Shown piece by piece: positions 1 through 12,600 of a stretch of 64,000 bases of DNA. Numbering within the stretch: the stretch's first letter is position 1; every line of letters starts with the position of its first letter. Under the pieces are notes generated by a model. The model did no database searches, had not been told where the DNA came from, and saw only the letters and a program-made list of their open reading frames with translations. Position numbers and translations under genes: made by a program. The stretch spans positions 4,797 to 68,796 of the forward strand of contig CAYPLY010000001.1 in assembly GCA_964412025.1 (NCBI GenBank). Reading direction: 5' to 3'. This stretch comes from Candidatus Woesearchaeota archaeon. Lineage in GTDB: Archaea > Nanobdellota > Nanobdellia > Pacearchaeales > GW2011-AR1.

Positions 1-493
1 TTCTTCCAGCACAACTTTTTTTAATGTATTTTGGTAGGAGTATAGAAGCTTGAGGTCTATGGCATACAGAGAAGGCATCATTAACATAAATTTCAAAGTT
101 TTTAGAAAAGAAATTTGTAAGTGCGTTTGGTTTTGTATCAAATTCTTCTTTAAGATTTCTAACGTTTTCTAGGAGTATTGCTTCCCCTTCCTTCAATTCT
201 TTTATTTTCTTTTCTGCTTTTTCTCCAATAATGTCTTCAACAAACGTAACTTTAGAATATTTGTTTAATTGTTTGCAGTGTTGCTTTAATGAGATAAAAT
301 CCTCATCCCCCGGTCTTCCTTGGTGTGCAAGAATTACTAATTTTGCTTTCTTTTTCTTTAATTCATTTATTGTTATTGAGGCTTCTTTTATTCTTTCTGA
401 TTTTAGAAGTTTTTTATTCTGAACATCAGAATTTAAATCAGATCTAAGCAAGACCGTTTTTCCTTTGAAATCAAAATCATTTAGAGTTTTCAT
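1..493 (-). CDS. pgk: phosphoglycerate kinase, N-terminal part (gene runs off the window start)
   Basis: The minus-strand translation from an ATG (reverse complement of 491-493) reads MKTLNDFDFKGKTVLLRSDLN...LAHQGRPG. This matches the PGK N-terminal substrate-binding region. It lies immediately downstream of gap in the same orientation. It is not in the ORF track because it is truncated. Confidence 0.7.
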   Translation of the reverse strand, partial: MKTLNDFDFKGKTVLLRSDLNSDVQNKKLLKSERIKEASITINELKKKKAKLVILAHQGRPGDEDFISLKQHCKQLNKYSKVTFVEDIIGEKAEKKIKELKEGEAILLENVRNLKEEFDTKPNALTNFFSKNFEIYVNDAFSVCHRPQASILLPKYIKKSCAGR

Positions 494-526
494 TTTTGTT
501 TTATGCTTAGGGACTTTAATTAAGTC

Positions 527-1522
527 TTATCTTAAACGTTTGATGAGTTCAACTATTCTATTTGAATACCCGTACTCATTATCATACCAAGAGAGAACTT
601 TAACCAGGTTTCCATTGGCTTGGGTTAGGATAGAATCAACAATTGAAGAACTTGGATTTTTTATTATGTCTGATGAGACTAGTTCTTCTTCAGAGTATTC
701 TAATATTCCTTTTAATTCTTTTTCTGAAGCATTCTTTAAGGCTGTATTAACTTGCTCTTTTGTAACTTGAGCATTTAATACCGCTACAAAGTCGGTTATA
801 CTCCCGCAAGGAACTGGAGCTCTTATTGCTAATCCATCTAGTTTTCCTTTTAGTTCTGGAATTACTTCAACAACAGAAGTTGCTGCTCCAGAAGTTGTAG
901 GTATAAGGTTTACTGCTCCTGCTCTCCCCCTTCTTAATTTTTTATGGGGAACATCTAAAATAACCTGGTCATTGGTATATGCATGTACTGTCGTCATATA
1001 TCCTCTTTCAATTTTGAAATTATCATTAAGAACCTTAACAATTGGGGCTAGGCAATTAGTTGTACAGGATGCCATAGAGATTATTTTGTGTTCTTTTTTT
1101 AGTTGGTTTTCATTAACCCCTAAAACCACTGTGATATCCGGATTTTTTCCTGGAGCAGAAATTAAAACTTTCTTTGCTCCTCCCCAAAGGTGCTTGTTTG
1201 CCCCCTCTCTATCTGTAAATTTTCCTGTTGATTCAACAACCACATCTACTCCCAATTCTCCCCAGGGTAAATTTTCAGGTTCTTTTTCTGAGAAGACAAG
1301 TATCTTTTTCCTGTTTATTTTTATGAAATTCTCACCAAATTCTATTTTTCCTTCATAGTTCCCATATACAGAATCGTGTTTCATCAAGTATACAATTGAT
1401 TCAATGCTAGCTAAATCATTTATTGCTACAACATTTATTCCCTTTTCAATTGCTATTTTCAAAACAGCTCTACCAATTCTTCCTAAACCATTAATTGCTA
1501 TTTTTACCATCTTTTTATACAA
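527..1522 (-). CDS. gap: glyceraldehyde-3-phosphate dehydrogenase, type I (bacterial/eukaryotic-like)
   Basis: N-terminal NAD-binding motif INGLGRIGR and the active-site signature ASCTTNCLAP. The ORF is 331 aa. Confidence 0.9.
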   Translation of the reverse strand: MYKKMVKIAINGLGRIGRAVLKIAIEKGINVVAINDLASIESIVYLMKHDSVYGNYEGKIEFGENFIKINRKKILVFSEKEPENLPWGELGVDVVVESTGKFTDREGANKHLWGGAKKVLISAPGKNPDITVVLGVNENQLKKEHKIISMASCTTNCLAPIVKVLNDNFKIERGYMTTVHAYTNDQVILDVPHKKLRRGRAGAVNLIPTTSGAATSVVEVIPELKGKLDGLAIRAPVPCGSITDFVAVLNAQVTKEQVNTALKNASEKELKGILEYSEEELVSSDIIKNPSSSIVDSILTQANGNLVKVLSWYDNEYGYSNRIVELIKRLR

Positions 1523-1594
1523 TGAAAAGAAGAATTGATTTAATAAATCTTACTAATCAAAAATTAAAAAATAAAGAAATAGAAAAAAAGAGAT

Positions 1595-1672
1595 TTACTT
1601 TCTCTTTTTCTTCGCAGCTTTTTTCTTAGCTGGTTTTTTAGCTACTTTTTTTGCAGCTTTTTTCTTAGCCAT
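1595..1672 (-). CDS. possible 25-aa lysine/alanine-rich small basic protein
   Basis: Reading the reverse complement gives MAKKKAAKKVAKKPAKKKAAKKKRK followed by a stop. It sits in the gap-glyS intergenic region. It is too short to validate from sequence alone. Confidence 0.2.
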   Translation of the reverse strand: MAKKKAAKKVAKKPAKKKAAKKKRK

Positions 1673-1771
1673 TCTTATCACCTCATGTTTAATTGGTATT
1701 GTAAATCCTTAAAACTTTATAAGTGTTTTGCAAATTAATTAAATATTAATATTTATCCTCGATAAAATTAA

Positions 1772-3493
1772 TTATATTTCTTTAAAAGAAATCTTTTCGT
1801 TTACCAAATTTCTTAAAATCTCTCTTAGTTTTTCAATTTTAACTCTTTTTTGAACTCTTGAATTTCTATCTCGAATTGTTATATCTTTGTTTTTCAAAGA
1901 ATCATCGTCTATTGTTATACAAAAAGGGGTTCCTATCTCATCATTTCTAGCATACCTTCTACCAATGCTTCCAGATTTATCATATGCAATATTAAATTCT
2001 TCTCTTAAATCTTTTACAATTTCATCTGCAATCTTTTCAAAGTCCTCTCTTTTAACTAAGGGAAAGACCGCTGCTTTTACTGGAGAGATTCTTGGAGGAA
2101 ATTTAAACATGCTTCCCTCTTTTCCTAAAGAATAGAAAATATCAAGTAAAGTCCAGACATTTCTATCCACACCAAAACTTAATTCTAAAATATGTGGAAG
2201 AATCTTTTTATCTTCGTAGGAAACAGTTAAATCTTTTCCAGAAATCTTGCTATGTCCTAGTAAATCATGATCTGTTCTATAGTGTATTCCTCCAACTTCT
2301 TTAAATCCTCCCAGAGTGTCTAAAAGAACTTCTACATCAAAATGTAACTTATTATAAAATGCTCTTTCTTCTTTGTTTAATTCTCTTAACCTGAATTTTT
2401 CTTTAGGAATCTTAAGAATTTTCAAATAAAAATTTTGGACTTTTAAAGCGTGGAATAAATAGAATTTAGGAATCTCAAATTTTTTGTTTAATTCTTCACA
2501 TTCAACTTCCTCAACAGATTCTTTATCTGCAAATTTAATTCTTAATTTACCCTTTTTAACTTCTTCCCATTGTTCATGTTCATTTATTTTATCTGGATCA
2601 AAGAATATTTGTAATTCTGCTTGTGAGAATTCTCTTAATCTGAAGAACATTTGTCTTGGGGATATTTCATTTCTGTATGCTTTATCTATAATTGCTAACC
2701 CCAGAGGAAGTTTATTCCTTGTTGCCTGGAATTCTTCTTTAAATGCAAGATAAGCTGCCTGTGCAGTTTCTGGGCTAAGATATGCTTTTTCTTCATTGAA
2801 TCCTATATTTACCGGAAACATCATGTTAAACTGTTTTATTGGAATTAATTCTCCACCGCATTTTGGGCATTTAAGCTTTAATTCATCCATTTTCTCATTC
2901 ATTTTCTCGATTGAAATAGATCCTGCATTTTCAACTCCATTATCTTCTAAGAAAGTATCTGCTCTGAATCTAAAATGGCATTTTTTACATTCAGTCATTG
3001 GATCATTAAAGTTTTCTATATGTCCAGATGCCTTAAATACTGGCTCTGGAAGAATATTATTTCCTTGTATTTCATAAAAATTATCGTTTAGTGCCAAGAT
3101 ATTTTTTCTCCAAAGATTCTCCCAATTCATTTTTAAAATTTTTCCAAGATGCCCATAAGTGAAAAATCCCGCTTTTCCTCCATAAATATTTGCTGTTTGA
3201 AAAAAGATTCCTCTTTTGCTTGCAATTGAATTTATTTCATTTAATTTTTCTTCTGGTTTTACTTCTCTTTCTTCAACAATTTCTTCTGAGTTTTTTTCTT
3301 CATTTTCCATTTTAATTTCTTTTTTATTCAAATCAATGTTTTTAATCATTTCTGCATATTTTTTCTCAGCCTCTTCTCTGTTTGTCCCTAAATATGCAAC
3401 GTGTTTGCTCGTTACTTTATTTCCGCTTCTGACACTTTTTCTTAGATAAAAATAATCCTTTCCATTTATTTTTTGCTTAACAATATAAGCCAT
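1772..3493 (-). CDS. glyS: glycyl-tRNA synthetase, archaeal/eukaryotic type, with an N-terminal extension of about 85 aa
   Basis: The core begins RGIFFQTANIYGGKAGFFTYGHLG and contains the zinc-knuckle insertion CKKCHFRFRAD...CPKCGG. The class II catalytic core follows. The first roughly 85 residues are extra. Confidence 0.85.
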   Translation of the reverse strand: MAYIVKQKINGKDYFYLRKSVRSGNKVTSKHVAYLGTNREEAEKKYAEMIKNIDLNKKEIKMENEEKNSEEIVEEREVKPEEKLNEINSIASKRGIFFQTANIYGGKAGFFTYGHLGKILKMNWENLWRKNILALNDNFYEIQGNNILPEPVFKASGHIENFNDPMTECKKCHFRFRADTFLEDNGVENAGSISIEKMNEKMDELKLKCPKCGGELIPIKQFNMMFPVNIGFNEEKAYLSPETAQAAYLAFKEEFQATRNKLPLGLAIIDKAYRNEISPRQMFFRLREFSQAELQIFFDPDKINEHEQWEEVKKGKLRIKFADKESVEEVECEELNKKFEIPKFYLFHALKVQNFYLKILKIPKEKFRLRELNKEERAFYNKLHFDVEVLLDTLGGFKEVGGIHYRTDHDLLGHSKISGKDLTVSYEDKKILPHILELSFGVDRNVWTLLDIFYSLGKEGSMFKFPPRISPVKAAVFPLVKREDFEKIADEIVKDLREEFNIAYDKSGSIGRRYARNDEIGTPFCITIDDDSLKNKDITIRDRNSRVQKRVKIEKLREILRNLVNEKISFKEI

Positions 3494-3557
3494 GTTTTGA
3501 TAACTACATTTTGTTTTATAAATGTTATTATAACTACAAATTTCTGTTTATTATTTA

Positions 3558-3602
3558 TACATATATAATAAGTATTTTTAACAAATAATAGATATATTTA
3601 TA
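3558..3602 (+). promoter_or_regulatory. AT-rich TATA-like promoter region upstream of the giant surface-protein gene
   Basis: TTTATACATATATAATAAG and TATATTTATAAGG motifs lie 25-70 nt upstream of the ATG at 3628. Confidence 0.3.
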
Positions 3603-3627
3603 AGGTATATTACATAAATAATAAGTA

Positions 3628-6600
3628 ATGGGAAGGACTCGATTAGCAAAGGCACTAGTTAGTAGTTTACAAAGAAATAAAGAGGCTTCTCAAAGCAGAA
3701 AAAATGAGCTTGTTGATTATTTAAAAAGATTAAATCAAGCACATGCAAATAAACAGATTTCTGGGGCAAAATATGTAGAGACGCTCACGAAAAAAACCAA
3801 TGGAAGAAACATAAAAGAGTGGGTTGATTATTATGAAAATTATTCTAAGAACTGCGAAAAGGCGATCGAGAGACAAAAGGCAAAGGTAATAAGGAACAGA
3901 GTTTTAGCTTTATTTTTTGGAGTTCTATTTTTAGGAGGGTTTATTTTTGCTGCTCTTTCTTTAGATTATTCTAGTATTGGGTTAACAGGATTTTTTGTGG
4001 GTGAAGGATTTCAGGAACAAGAGTATTCACAGATAATTGGACTGATAACTAATGAATCTACAAATTATGAATTGAACTTAGAAAATCCTGGACAATTAAG
4101 TTCAGTTAAAATTAATGGTGAGATAAAAGGAGAGGGAGAGATTAAAGTTTATCTCAATGATTTGTTAATATTGGATAGTTCAAAGATTAAATCGAAATCA
4201 AGTTCTCCAAAATATAATTCTCCTTTAACCGGAATGATTATTGAAGAAACAGAAACAATAACAACAGATTCTCAGACAACTACTTCAGAAGATTCATATT
4301 CAGAAACAGAGACTCCTTCAAAAGAAGATTCGAGTCCTTCCCAGGAGGAGTCTCTAACTGAAACTACAAATTCTCAAACAATTTCATCAGAAGTATCATA
4401 TTCAGAAGAGAAGATAGAGAGCGAGGTTCCTTTGCAAGAAGAGTCGAGTCCTTCCCAGGAGGAACCTCAAGCTTCTGAAAGTTTAGATAAGACTTTGGAT
4501 GATACGCCTCAAACAGAAAACGAATCGATTTCATATTCAGAAACAGAGACTCCTTCAAAAGAAGAGTCGAGTCCTTCCCAGGAGGAGTCTCTAACTGAAA
4601 CAAATCAATCATACCCCCAGAGAAATCAAACAGAAGATATTGAAACTAATGAGAGAGAAGTTCAAACAAATGTTACTTATGAACAGGAAAGCAATGAAAC
4701 ACAATCCAATATATCATATTCAGAAACAGAGACTCCTCTAAAAGAAGAGTCGAGTCCTTCCCAAGGGGAGTCTCTAACTGAAAATATTTTTAATGAGTTT
4801 TGTGAAGATACATGCAATCTCGAAAAATTGAATTTAACAAATTCTTCTTATACTTTAAGAGTAGAGATAGAAGGAAATGTTACACTAAGGTTGGGGAGTA
4901 TTGATTATTCTATTATTCTGGAAGAAGTTCCTCTTATCTCGGAGAATATTACAGTAAATACTGTCCAGTATGATGCAGTTCTTGGAAAACCAGTAAAATG
5001 GAAAAAGCAAATCGAACTTCCTGAAAAAGGAAATGTTAAGGTTGAACTTCCAAAGGGTTCTGAGAAAATTGTTGTTAGCAAGATTATTGATAGAGAATCA
5101 TATTCAGAAAAAGAAGCTTCTCAAAAAGAAGAGTCGAGTCCTTCCCAAGGGAAGCTTCTTACTGAAAATAGGAAAGTTAAAGAAAAATCAAACTCAATAG
5201 AAGTATTAATTGAAGATAATTCTGACTTATATGAAATTGAATATGAAACTCCTGCACCATACTCTTCTGAAGAAGAAACTGAAAAAGGAAAGAAAGTAAT
5301 AATTGCAGGTTCTGAAGAGGTTCATTATGAAAATGTTTTAGCATTTACAAATTTAAGTGAAAGTTTGGATATAAGAAGTCCTTCTGAACTGAAAATATAC
5401 TGGATTGAAGAAGAAGTTTACCTTCCTGCAGAGAGGGTTGAAGACAAAGATAATAACGGATTTTATGATTATGTTGAATGGATTGTTCCTCATTTATCCA
5501 ATCAGACATTTTTGATAACTATCCAATCAGGGACAGAAGGAAAAGATGCTCATATTGATAGTTCAACTCCAAACAGAAATTTTGGCGCATCTACTTCTAT
5601 GATAATAAGTAACACAGAAAGAATGTTGCTAGAATTTGATTTATCCGATGTAACAGAAACAGCAAATATTGTTAATGCAAATCTTACTTTATATTTATCT
5701 TCTGCAGGAACAGGAACTAATCCCATAAGTGTTTATAGGATAAATAACAGCTGGATTGAGGGTACAGGGGATAGCCAGAATACTTATGATGGAGTAACCT
5801 GGACTAACAGAAGCGGAACAGAAAGTTGGGATATCCCTGGAGGGGATTTTGATTCAAGAGTATGGGCAATTAGAAATTTAACAACAGCAGGAACTTATTA
5901 TACATTGGATATAACTCAGTTAGTACAGAACTGGGTTAATGGAACTTACGAAAATTATGGGATTATACTTTATGGTGAAAACGGACATGGACAATGGCAT
6001 TTCCCTTCAAGTGATAATATTAACGCTACAATCAGACCTCAGTTAAACATAACTTATAATGAATCTCAAGTTCCTGTAATAAATTCAGTGAGTATTCCGT
6101 CAACAATTAGAGAAGGAGAAAACCTAAGTTTAACAGCAAATATTACAGATAATTTGGAAGTTGAGGGAGCAATAATTGAGATAGATAATTTAAATTATTC
6201 ATTAGGACAAAATCCTCAAACAATCTCAAATGTTGCAATAATAAGGCCTGCTGCAAAAGGTACAATTGAAACTAACAGGGTGGTTAATTATCTTAACTCT
6301 TATGATAATAATAATGATACTTCTTCAGGAATAAATGCAGTTAATCCTCTCTTAACAATAAAAACTTCTGGAGTGAGCGTAGCAGGTATAATAAATTCAG
6401 TAAAGGTAAAAGTTATTCATTCTAAATTAAGTTATGACACAATAGGGTATTTACATTGGGCAAGCTCTAATGGAGGAGAAGAGCAAGGTTTAACCCATGA
6501 ATTTAATTCAACAAGTGAAACACCAGAGATAACAGAATTTGATGTTACATCAGAGAGGGACTGGAGTTTTGCAGATTTCAATCTTCTTACAGAAATACAT

Positions 6601-9600
6601 CTTAATAATTCAGATTCAACATTAAAGATATATGAAGTTTGGTTTGAAGTAAATTACACAACTCCTGCAAGCAACGACTTGTGGAACGGAACAATTGATA
6701 CTTCCAGATTATCTGCAGGAAATTACACTTATACTATTTTTGCAAATGATAGCTCAGATAATCTTGCAAATTATCAAAATAATTTTACAATATTACCTCA
6801 ACTTGTCCTGGTGAATGTTTCAATGAATGATGCGCAAGGGAATTTTCAGGAAGCTGAAGTTATAATTTATAATACTGAGAGTCAGGAAGTGGAGATGAAC
6901 TCAACTATGACTGAATCAGAATTAATATCTGTTGAAGAAGGAGAGAAGAATATTTTGATAAATCCTGTTGGAACTCCTGTATTCCAAATTGAATATGAAA
7001 ATACTTTAATTGAAAACTACACTGAAGGAATAATTGATATCGATCAGCCTTCTGAAGTAGAAAATTTTACCAAGGTATATGCATTAAATCCTCATTTAAA
7101 TACAAATGCTACAGTAACTGCATTTGCAACGGGTAATGAATTATACAAATGTAAAGACTGGAACTTTACAAATCAATCTTGTTATGGGGAATGGATTAAA
7201 GTTATGGATATCACTCCAGGAGAAGAATATAACTTCACACTCTCTCCAGAAGATCCTGCTTTTGCTGAAGTTATTGTAATAATATTTGCACATCATCTTA
7301 ACTCAACTAGAGACTTTATTTCGGATATCTACCAAGAGGTTGTTCTATTAGATGATATTTGGAGCGAGGAAATTCCTGATGGAGATTATGTTAGAGTTAC
7401 TTTTGAGAGTAATTTGACAAGTGATAGAGATATAACAATATATCCAAGGATAGTTTCAGGAACACCAAGGATTGAGATTTATGAAGTGAATGAAAGTACA
7501 TTGATTGCCGAATTTAATCCAATTATTAATAATTCTTATAACAAAAGATTCTTGACAAGTCTGATTGGAGAGCAAGATACATTTGATTTGAGAATTATTG
7601 GAGGAAGTGTTGAGTTTGATTATATTGTTGATCCTCCAGATTACTTAAGTTGCGTTTCAGGAACATGTATAGCAGTATTTAATATTACAACTGGTGCAAA
7701 CACATGGCAGGTTCCTACCGAAGTTACTGAAATAATGATTGAAGCTTGGGGAGGAGGCGGAGCAGGTGGAGGTTCTATATCGAATGGTTATGGTGGAGGA
7801 GGCGGAGCAGGTGGCCAGTATGCTAAACGTAATTTAACTGTAACTCCTTCGACTACTTTTAACATTTTTATTGCTTCATCAATAACGGGGGGTACAGGTG
7901 ATGGTTCACAAGGATATAATACAAGTTTCTTCAATTCTACAGGAAATTATGTTGTTGCAATGGGTGGTGAAGGAGGTAAAGGAGGAATTAATAAAGCTGC
8001 AGGGGCTGGAGGCTTAGGTTCTATTTCTGGAGGTGTGGGTACCACAATTTATGGGGGCGGAAATGGATACACTGGGAGTTCATCAGGAGGAGGAGGAGGA
8101 GGAGGTTCTGGAACAACTGGTTGGGGTGGAAATAGTACAAGTGCTACAGGAGGAACAGGAACTTCAATTGGGGGAGGAGATGGAGGTGCAGGTAACACAG
8201 ACGCAAGTGGAGACGCTGGACTTAATTATGGTGGAGCTGGAGGGGGAGGAGAAAGAGCAGGAGGAACTAATGGAGTGGGAGGAACAGGAGCACAAGGGAT
8301 GTTAAAAATAACATATGCAGAACCTGTTGATTTAACTTCTCCTCAGTATAATTCTGTTTCAGTTAATAATACTCTTGCAGGGCAAATAACTAATTTTGCA
8401 ATAAATGTGACTGATAATATCGCATTGCATCCAAATGGGCAATATATTTTCTCAACTAATAATACTGGAGTTTGGATAAATGATAGCTTTTGGCAAAAAG
8501 ATTTAACTATAAATGCAAGTTTGCCAGATATTGGAACTAATTCAAAACCTTCTGTATTTTATAAAGATTCTTCATGGTACCTAATAAGCGGTATTCAATC
8601 AGGGGAGTTTTTTGGTTTTGCTTATAATGGAACTAATTGGTTGCCAAATTCAACAATAAATGCAAGTTTGCCCGATATTGGATCTAATACAAACCCTTAT
8701 GTATTCTATAAAGATTCTTCATGGTATCTAATAAGCGGAGAAGCTGGGGGAAATTTTTATGGCTTTGCTTGGGATGGTACTCAATGGTTGCCAAATTCAA
8801 CAATAAATGCAAGTTTGCCCGGTATTGGAATTAGTTCAGTACCTTCTGTATTTTATAAAGATTCTTCATGGTATCTAATAAGCGGAGAAAGAGATGGAAA
8901 TTTTTATGGCTTTGCTTGGGATGGTACTCAATGGTTACCTAATTCAACAATAAATACAAGCTTGCCTAATCTTGGAGAAACTTCTTTCATATCTCCTTAT
9001 GTATTCTATAAAGATTCTTCATGGTACCTAATAAGCGGAGAAAATACTGGAAATTTTTATGGCTTTGCTTGGGATGGTACTCAATGGTTACCTAATTCAA
9101 TAATAAATGCAAGCTTGTCTAAAACAATTTCTAAATCATCTCCTTCTGTATTTTATAAAGATTCCTCTTGGTATTTAATCTCTGGAGATACAAATGGAAT
9201 ATTTTTTGGTTACAAATATTCTGATGCTACAAATTTCACCTCAACTCCTTCCTGGGCAAATGTTACAAAAACATTGAATTCAACTAGTGGGATGGTTGTA
9301 GGTTATAGGTGGTATTTCAAAGATTCTTATTCAACACCAAATTATAATTCAACACCTGTTTATACTTTGACAACGACTCCTTATTATGGTATCTTAAATG
9401 TTAGCATAATTCTTCCTGAAAATTATTCTGGATACTTCACTGGAAATACTAATTTAACAATAAATGCAAGTGTTACTTGTGTGGGTGGAGCATATTGCGG
9501 AACAGTAAGTGCGACAGCGAGATATAATCTTTCAAGTGCTTCTCCTGATACAAATATTAATATTAGTGAAGGAGGATCTCCTTTTTATAACCTTGGAAGT

Positions 9601-12600
9601 GGCGGAGAGGATATATATGTCTATAATTTTAGTGGGATAACTAATCCTTCTTCAACACATAAAGCTACTAATGGCTCATGTTCTTCATTTGTCTCATTTC
9701 AACCTAATAATCAATATGAGTTTTATAATGAAGGTTATTCTAATCTAGTTTTTATTGATGGATTTGTTACAAAAACTTCCCTTCCATCTGGATTTGGATC
9801 GAATAAACCTTATGAGAAATTTGATTTTAAAATTTTAGAGTCAAAAGATTCCATAAATGAGATAAATCTCTCAATATATGGAAGATCATATTCTAGTTCA
9901 GATTATCAATTTACTGTTTTTGTATATAATTATAGCGGAGGCATCATGGGTGATCCATGGAAGCAAGTATCTTCAATTAATTTAGAGGGTTTTCAATATC
10001 ATAATCTAACCTTTAACAAAACTACCTCCCCAAACATAGATGAGATAATTGGTTCTGATGGAATAATTCAGATTCTTGTAAAAGGTTATTCTGATATTGT
10101 TAGTACTTCTATTGAAGTTGATTTTATTGAAATCAAAGTCAATGGTTCCAGAGGAGCCTCAAATCCACAAACCTCCTCAGTAATTCTTAATGAGGGAGAA
10201 TCTTTCTATCCAAATTGGACAATAAACGTTACATCAACAACCCCCAATCAAGAATACTTGTTGGATGTTTTATTTAATTCAAGCTATGGAAATTCCAATG
10301 TTCTTGATAATAATACAGAAGACAGAAGAATAATATTGAATCCTGGTGCTGGAAGTTCTGAATGTGGTTCTCTAGATATTGAAAATAAATCATGTACCTT
10401 AACAGGAAATATTTCTTCCTTGGAAAATGGTTTTAATATAACAGCTCAAAATATAACTTTAGATTGTGGAGGAAATTACATAATAGGCAGTAATGTTCCA
10501 AATTCAAAAGGTATATTGATAAATAGCTCAAATGTAACAATTACGAATTGTAAGTTTTCTAATTTTCCAATAGATATTTACACTTTAAATGGAAATAATA
10601 TAACTTTGTATAACATAACTGGTGGTAGCGAATATGGTTTGATTGTAAATGGAACAACTAATAGCAATTTCACTAATATTTCTTTTAATAATGTTACAAT
10701 TGCAGGTATTTTAGTTACTAATAATTCACATAATAATACTTTCACAGATATAAACATAAACAGTAGTGCTCATGGAATATATGTTGAAGGGGGTCAGAGT
10801 AATACATTTGATTGTGCTAATGGTTTGATTAATTATTCCCAGGGAGGAGGAGGGTGGTATTTTGGTATTACAAGTAACCAGTTTAATACTACAATAAAGA
10901 ATTGTAATATTTTTAATTCTAATAGAACAACTACGTATTCATATAGCATGGGTATCCAATTAACTGGAAGTTCTAACTCTTCTTTATATAATAATTATGT
11001 TGATTCCGGAAGTTCTGCTGGGATATATGTTACAAACTCTCATTTTAATCTTTTGGTTAATAATTTTGGATCTTCTGTTAATAATCAGGGGTTAAGACTT
11101 GAATCCTCTTATAATAATCTTTTAATCAACAATACGGGGAGTAGTTCTTCAAATGGAGGTATTGGTATTACTGGAAGCACTTCTCATTCAAATACTTTAA
11201 TTAATTGTACAGCTAGAGGAGGCAATACAGGAGGAATGTATTTTACAACCTCTTCTCATGATAATGAGATAATTAATTTAAATGCTTCAGGTTCAAGGGC
11301 TGTACGTATTACAGGTTCTTCTAATAATACTATAAGAGATTGTTTATCTATTTCTGGAACGTCTGCTGATGTATATATATCAAATGATGCGGGAGGAATT
11401 AATAGTTCGTTTGTTAATTGTTCATATGACCTCAGTAAAGAAATATTTGAAGATGCTGTTAATGAGTTGACAAGGAAATGGTATTATATGGCATATGTTA
11501 ACGATAGTTCTGGAAATCCAGTTGAGAACGCAAACATAACTGCTTATAACTCAACAGGAGATTTACAATTTACGGCATTAACAAATTCAACAGGACATAT
11601 TTCAAGACAGGAAGTTATAGAATATTTTAATGATGCAGGAACAAGAAGTTATTATAACAATTATACAATAAACGCAAATAAATCTGGTTATATTAATGAT
11701 AGTAATGAGTTTAATTTTACAATAACGCAGAATAAGGTTGACGATTGGTTTACTTTAACGGAGGAAGCAGCAGGTCCTGCAGATTGTAATACAATTGGTA
11801 ACTCTGGGATTTTAGATACGGATAATGGGGTTTATACTTTAACAGAGAATATCTCATCACAGGGAACATGTTTGACTGTTGCTGCAGCAAATGTAACAAT
11901 TGATTGTAATGGATATTGGATAACTTTTTCAACTGATGGAGCAACAGGCACCAGAGGTATTTACTCCAATCAATTTAATACAACTATAAAAGATTGTAAT
12001 ATAATTGATGGGAACTGGACAACTCCAGATAGTTGGAGAGCAGGAGTTTTCTTTACTATTGGGGCAGATTATGGATTAATACAGAATGTTTCTACTAATG
12101 TCAGTAATTGTCACGGTATTGATATTAATGGGGGTTCTGGTATAAGAGTATATAATTCTACAGGAAGGACAAAAGATTATCATGGAATAATAATATGGAC
12201 TGATGCTTCTAATATTACTCTATTAAACTCTACAGGAATATCGAATACAAGTGTAGGTATTGGAATATATGGTAACAATAATTCTATTTATAATTCTACA
12301 GGGCAGTCTACATATAATAGTTATGGTATCTATTTACCTTCAGTTTCTAATAATCTAATCTCTGGGTGTAATGCTAGTTCTGATTCAAATCATGGAATAT
12401 TTGCCCAGAACAGTACAAATAATACTTTAATTAATAATAATATAACAAGTAATTCTGGGGGCGGGATTGTTATTTATTCTTATTCAACAAATAATACTCT
12501 CATAAATAATAATGTATCAACAAATTCTGGAAGTGCAATTTACATTCTGGCGCTTTCCAATAACAATACTTTACTTAGAAACAATGCTACAACTAATTCA

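Noticed and set aside
231-770. Plus-strand ORFs 231-422 and 465-770
   Set aside because: They lie antisense to pgk (1-493) and gap (527-1522), whose translations are strongly conserved. Their composition is low-complexity and F/S-rich, typical of the reverse strand of AT-rich genes.
972-1358. ORF 972-1358 (+), 128 aa
   Set aside because: Antisense to the gap coding region. No recognisable motif.
1887-3449. Four plus-strand ORFs inside glyS (1887-2135, 2484-2753, 2796-3077, 3216-3449)
   Set aside because: All are antisense to the well-supported GlyRS frame. They are S/F/L-rich shadow ORFs.
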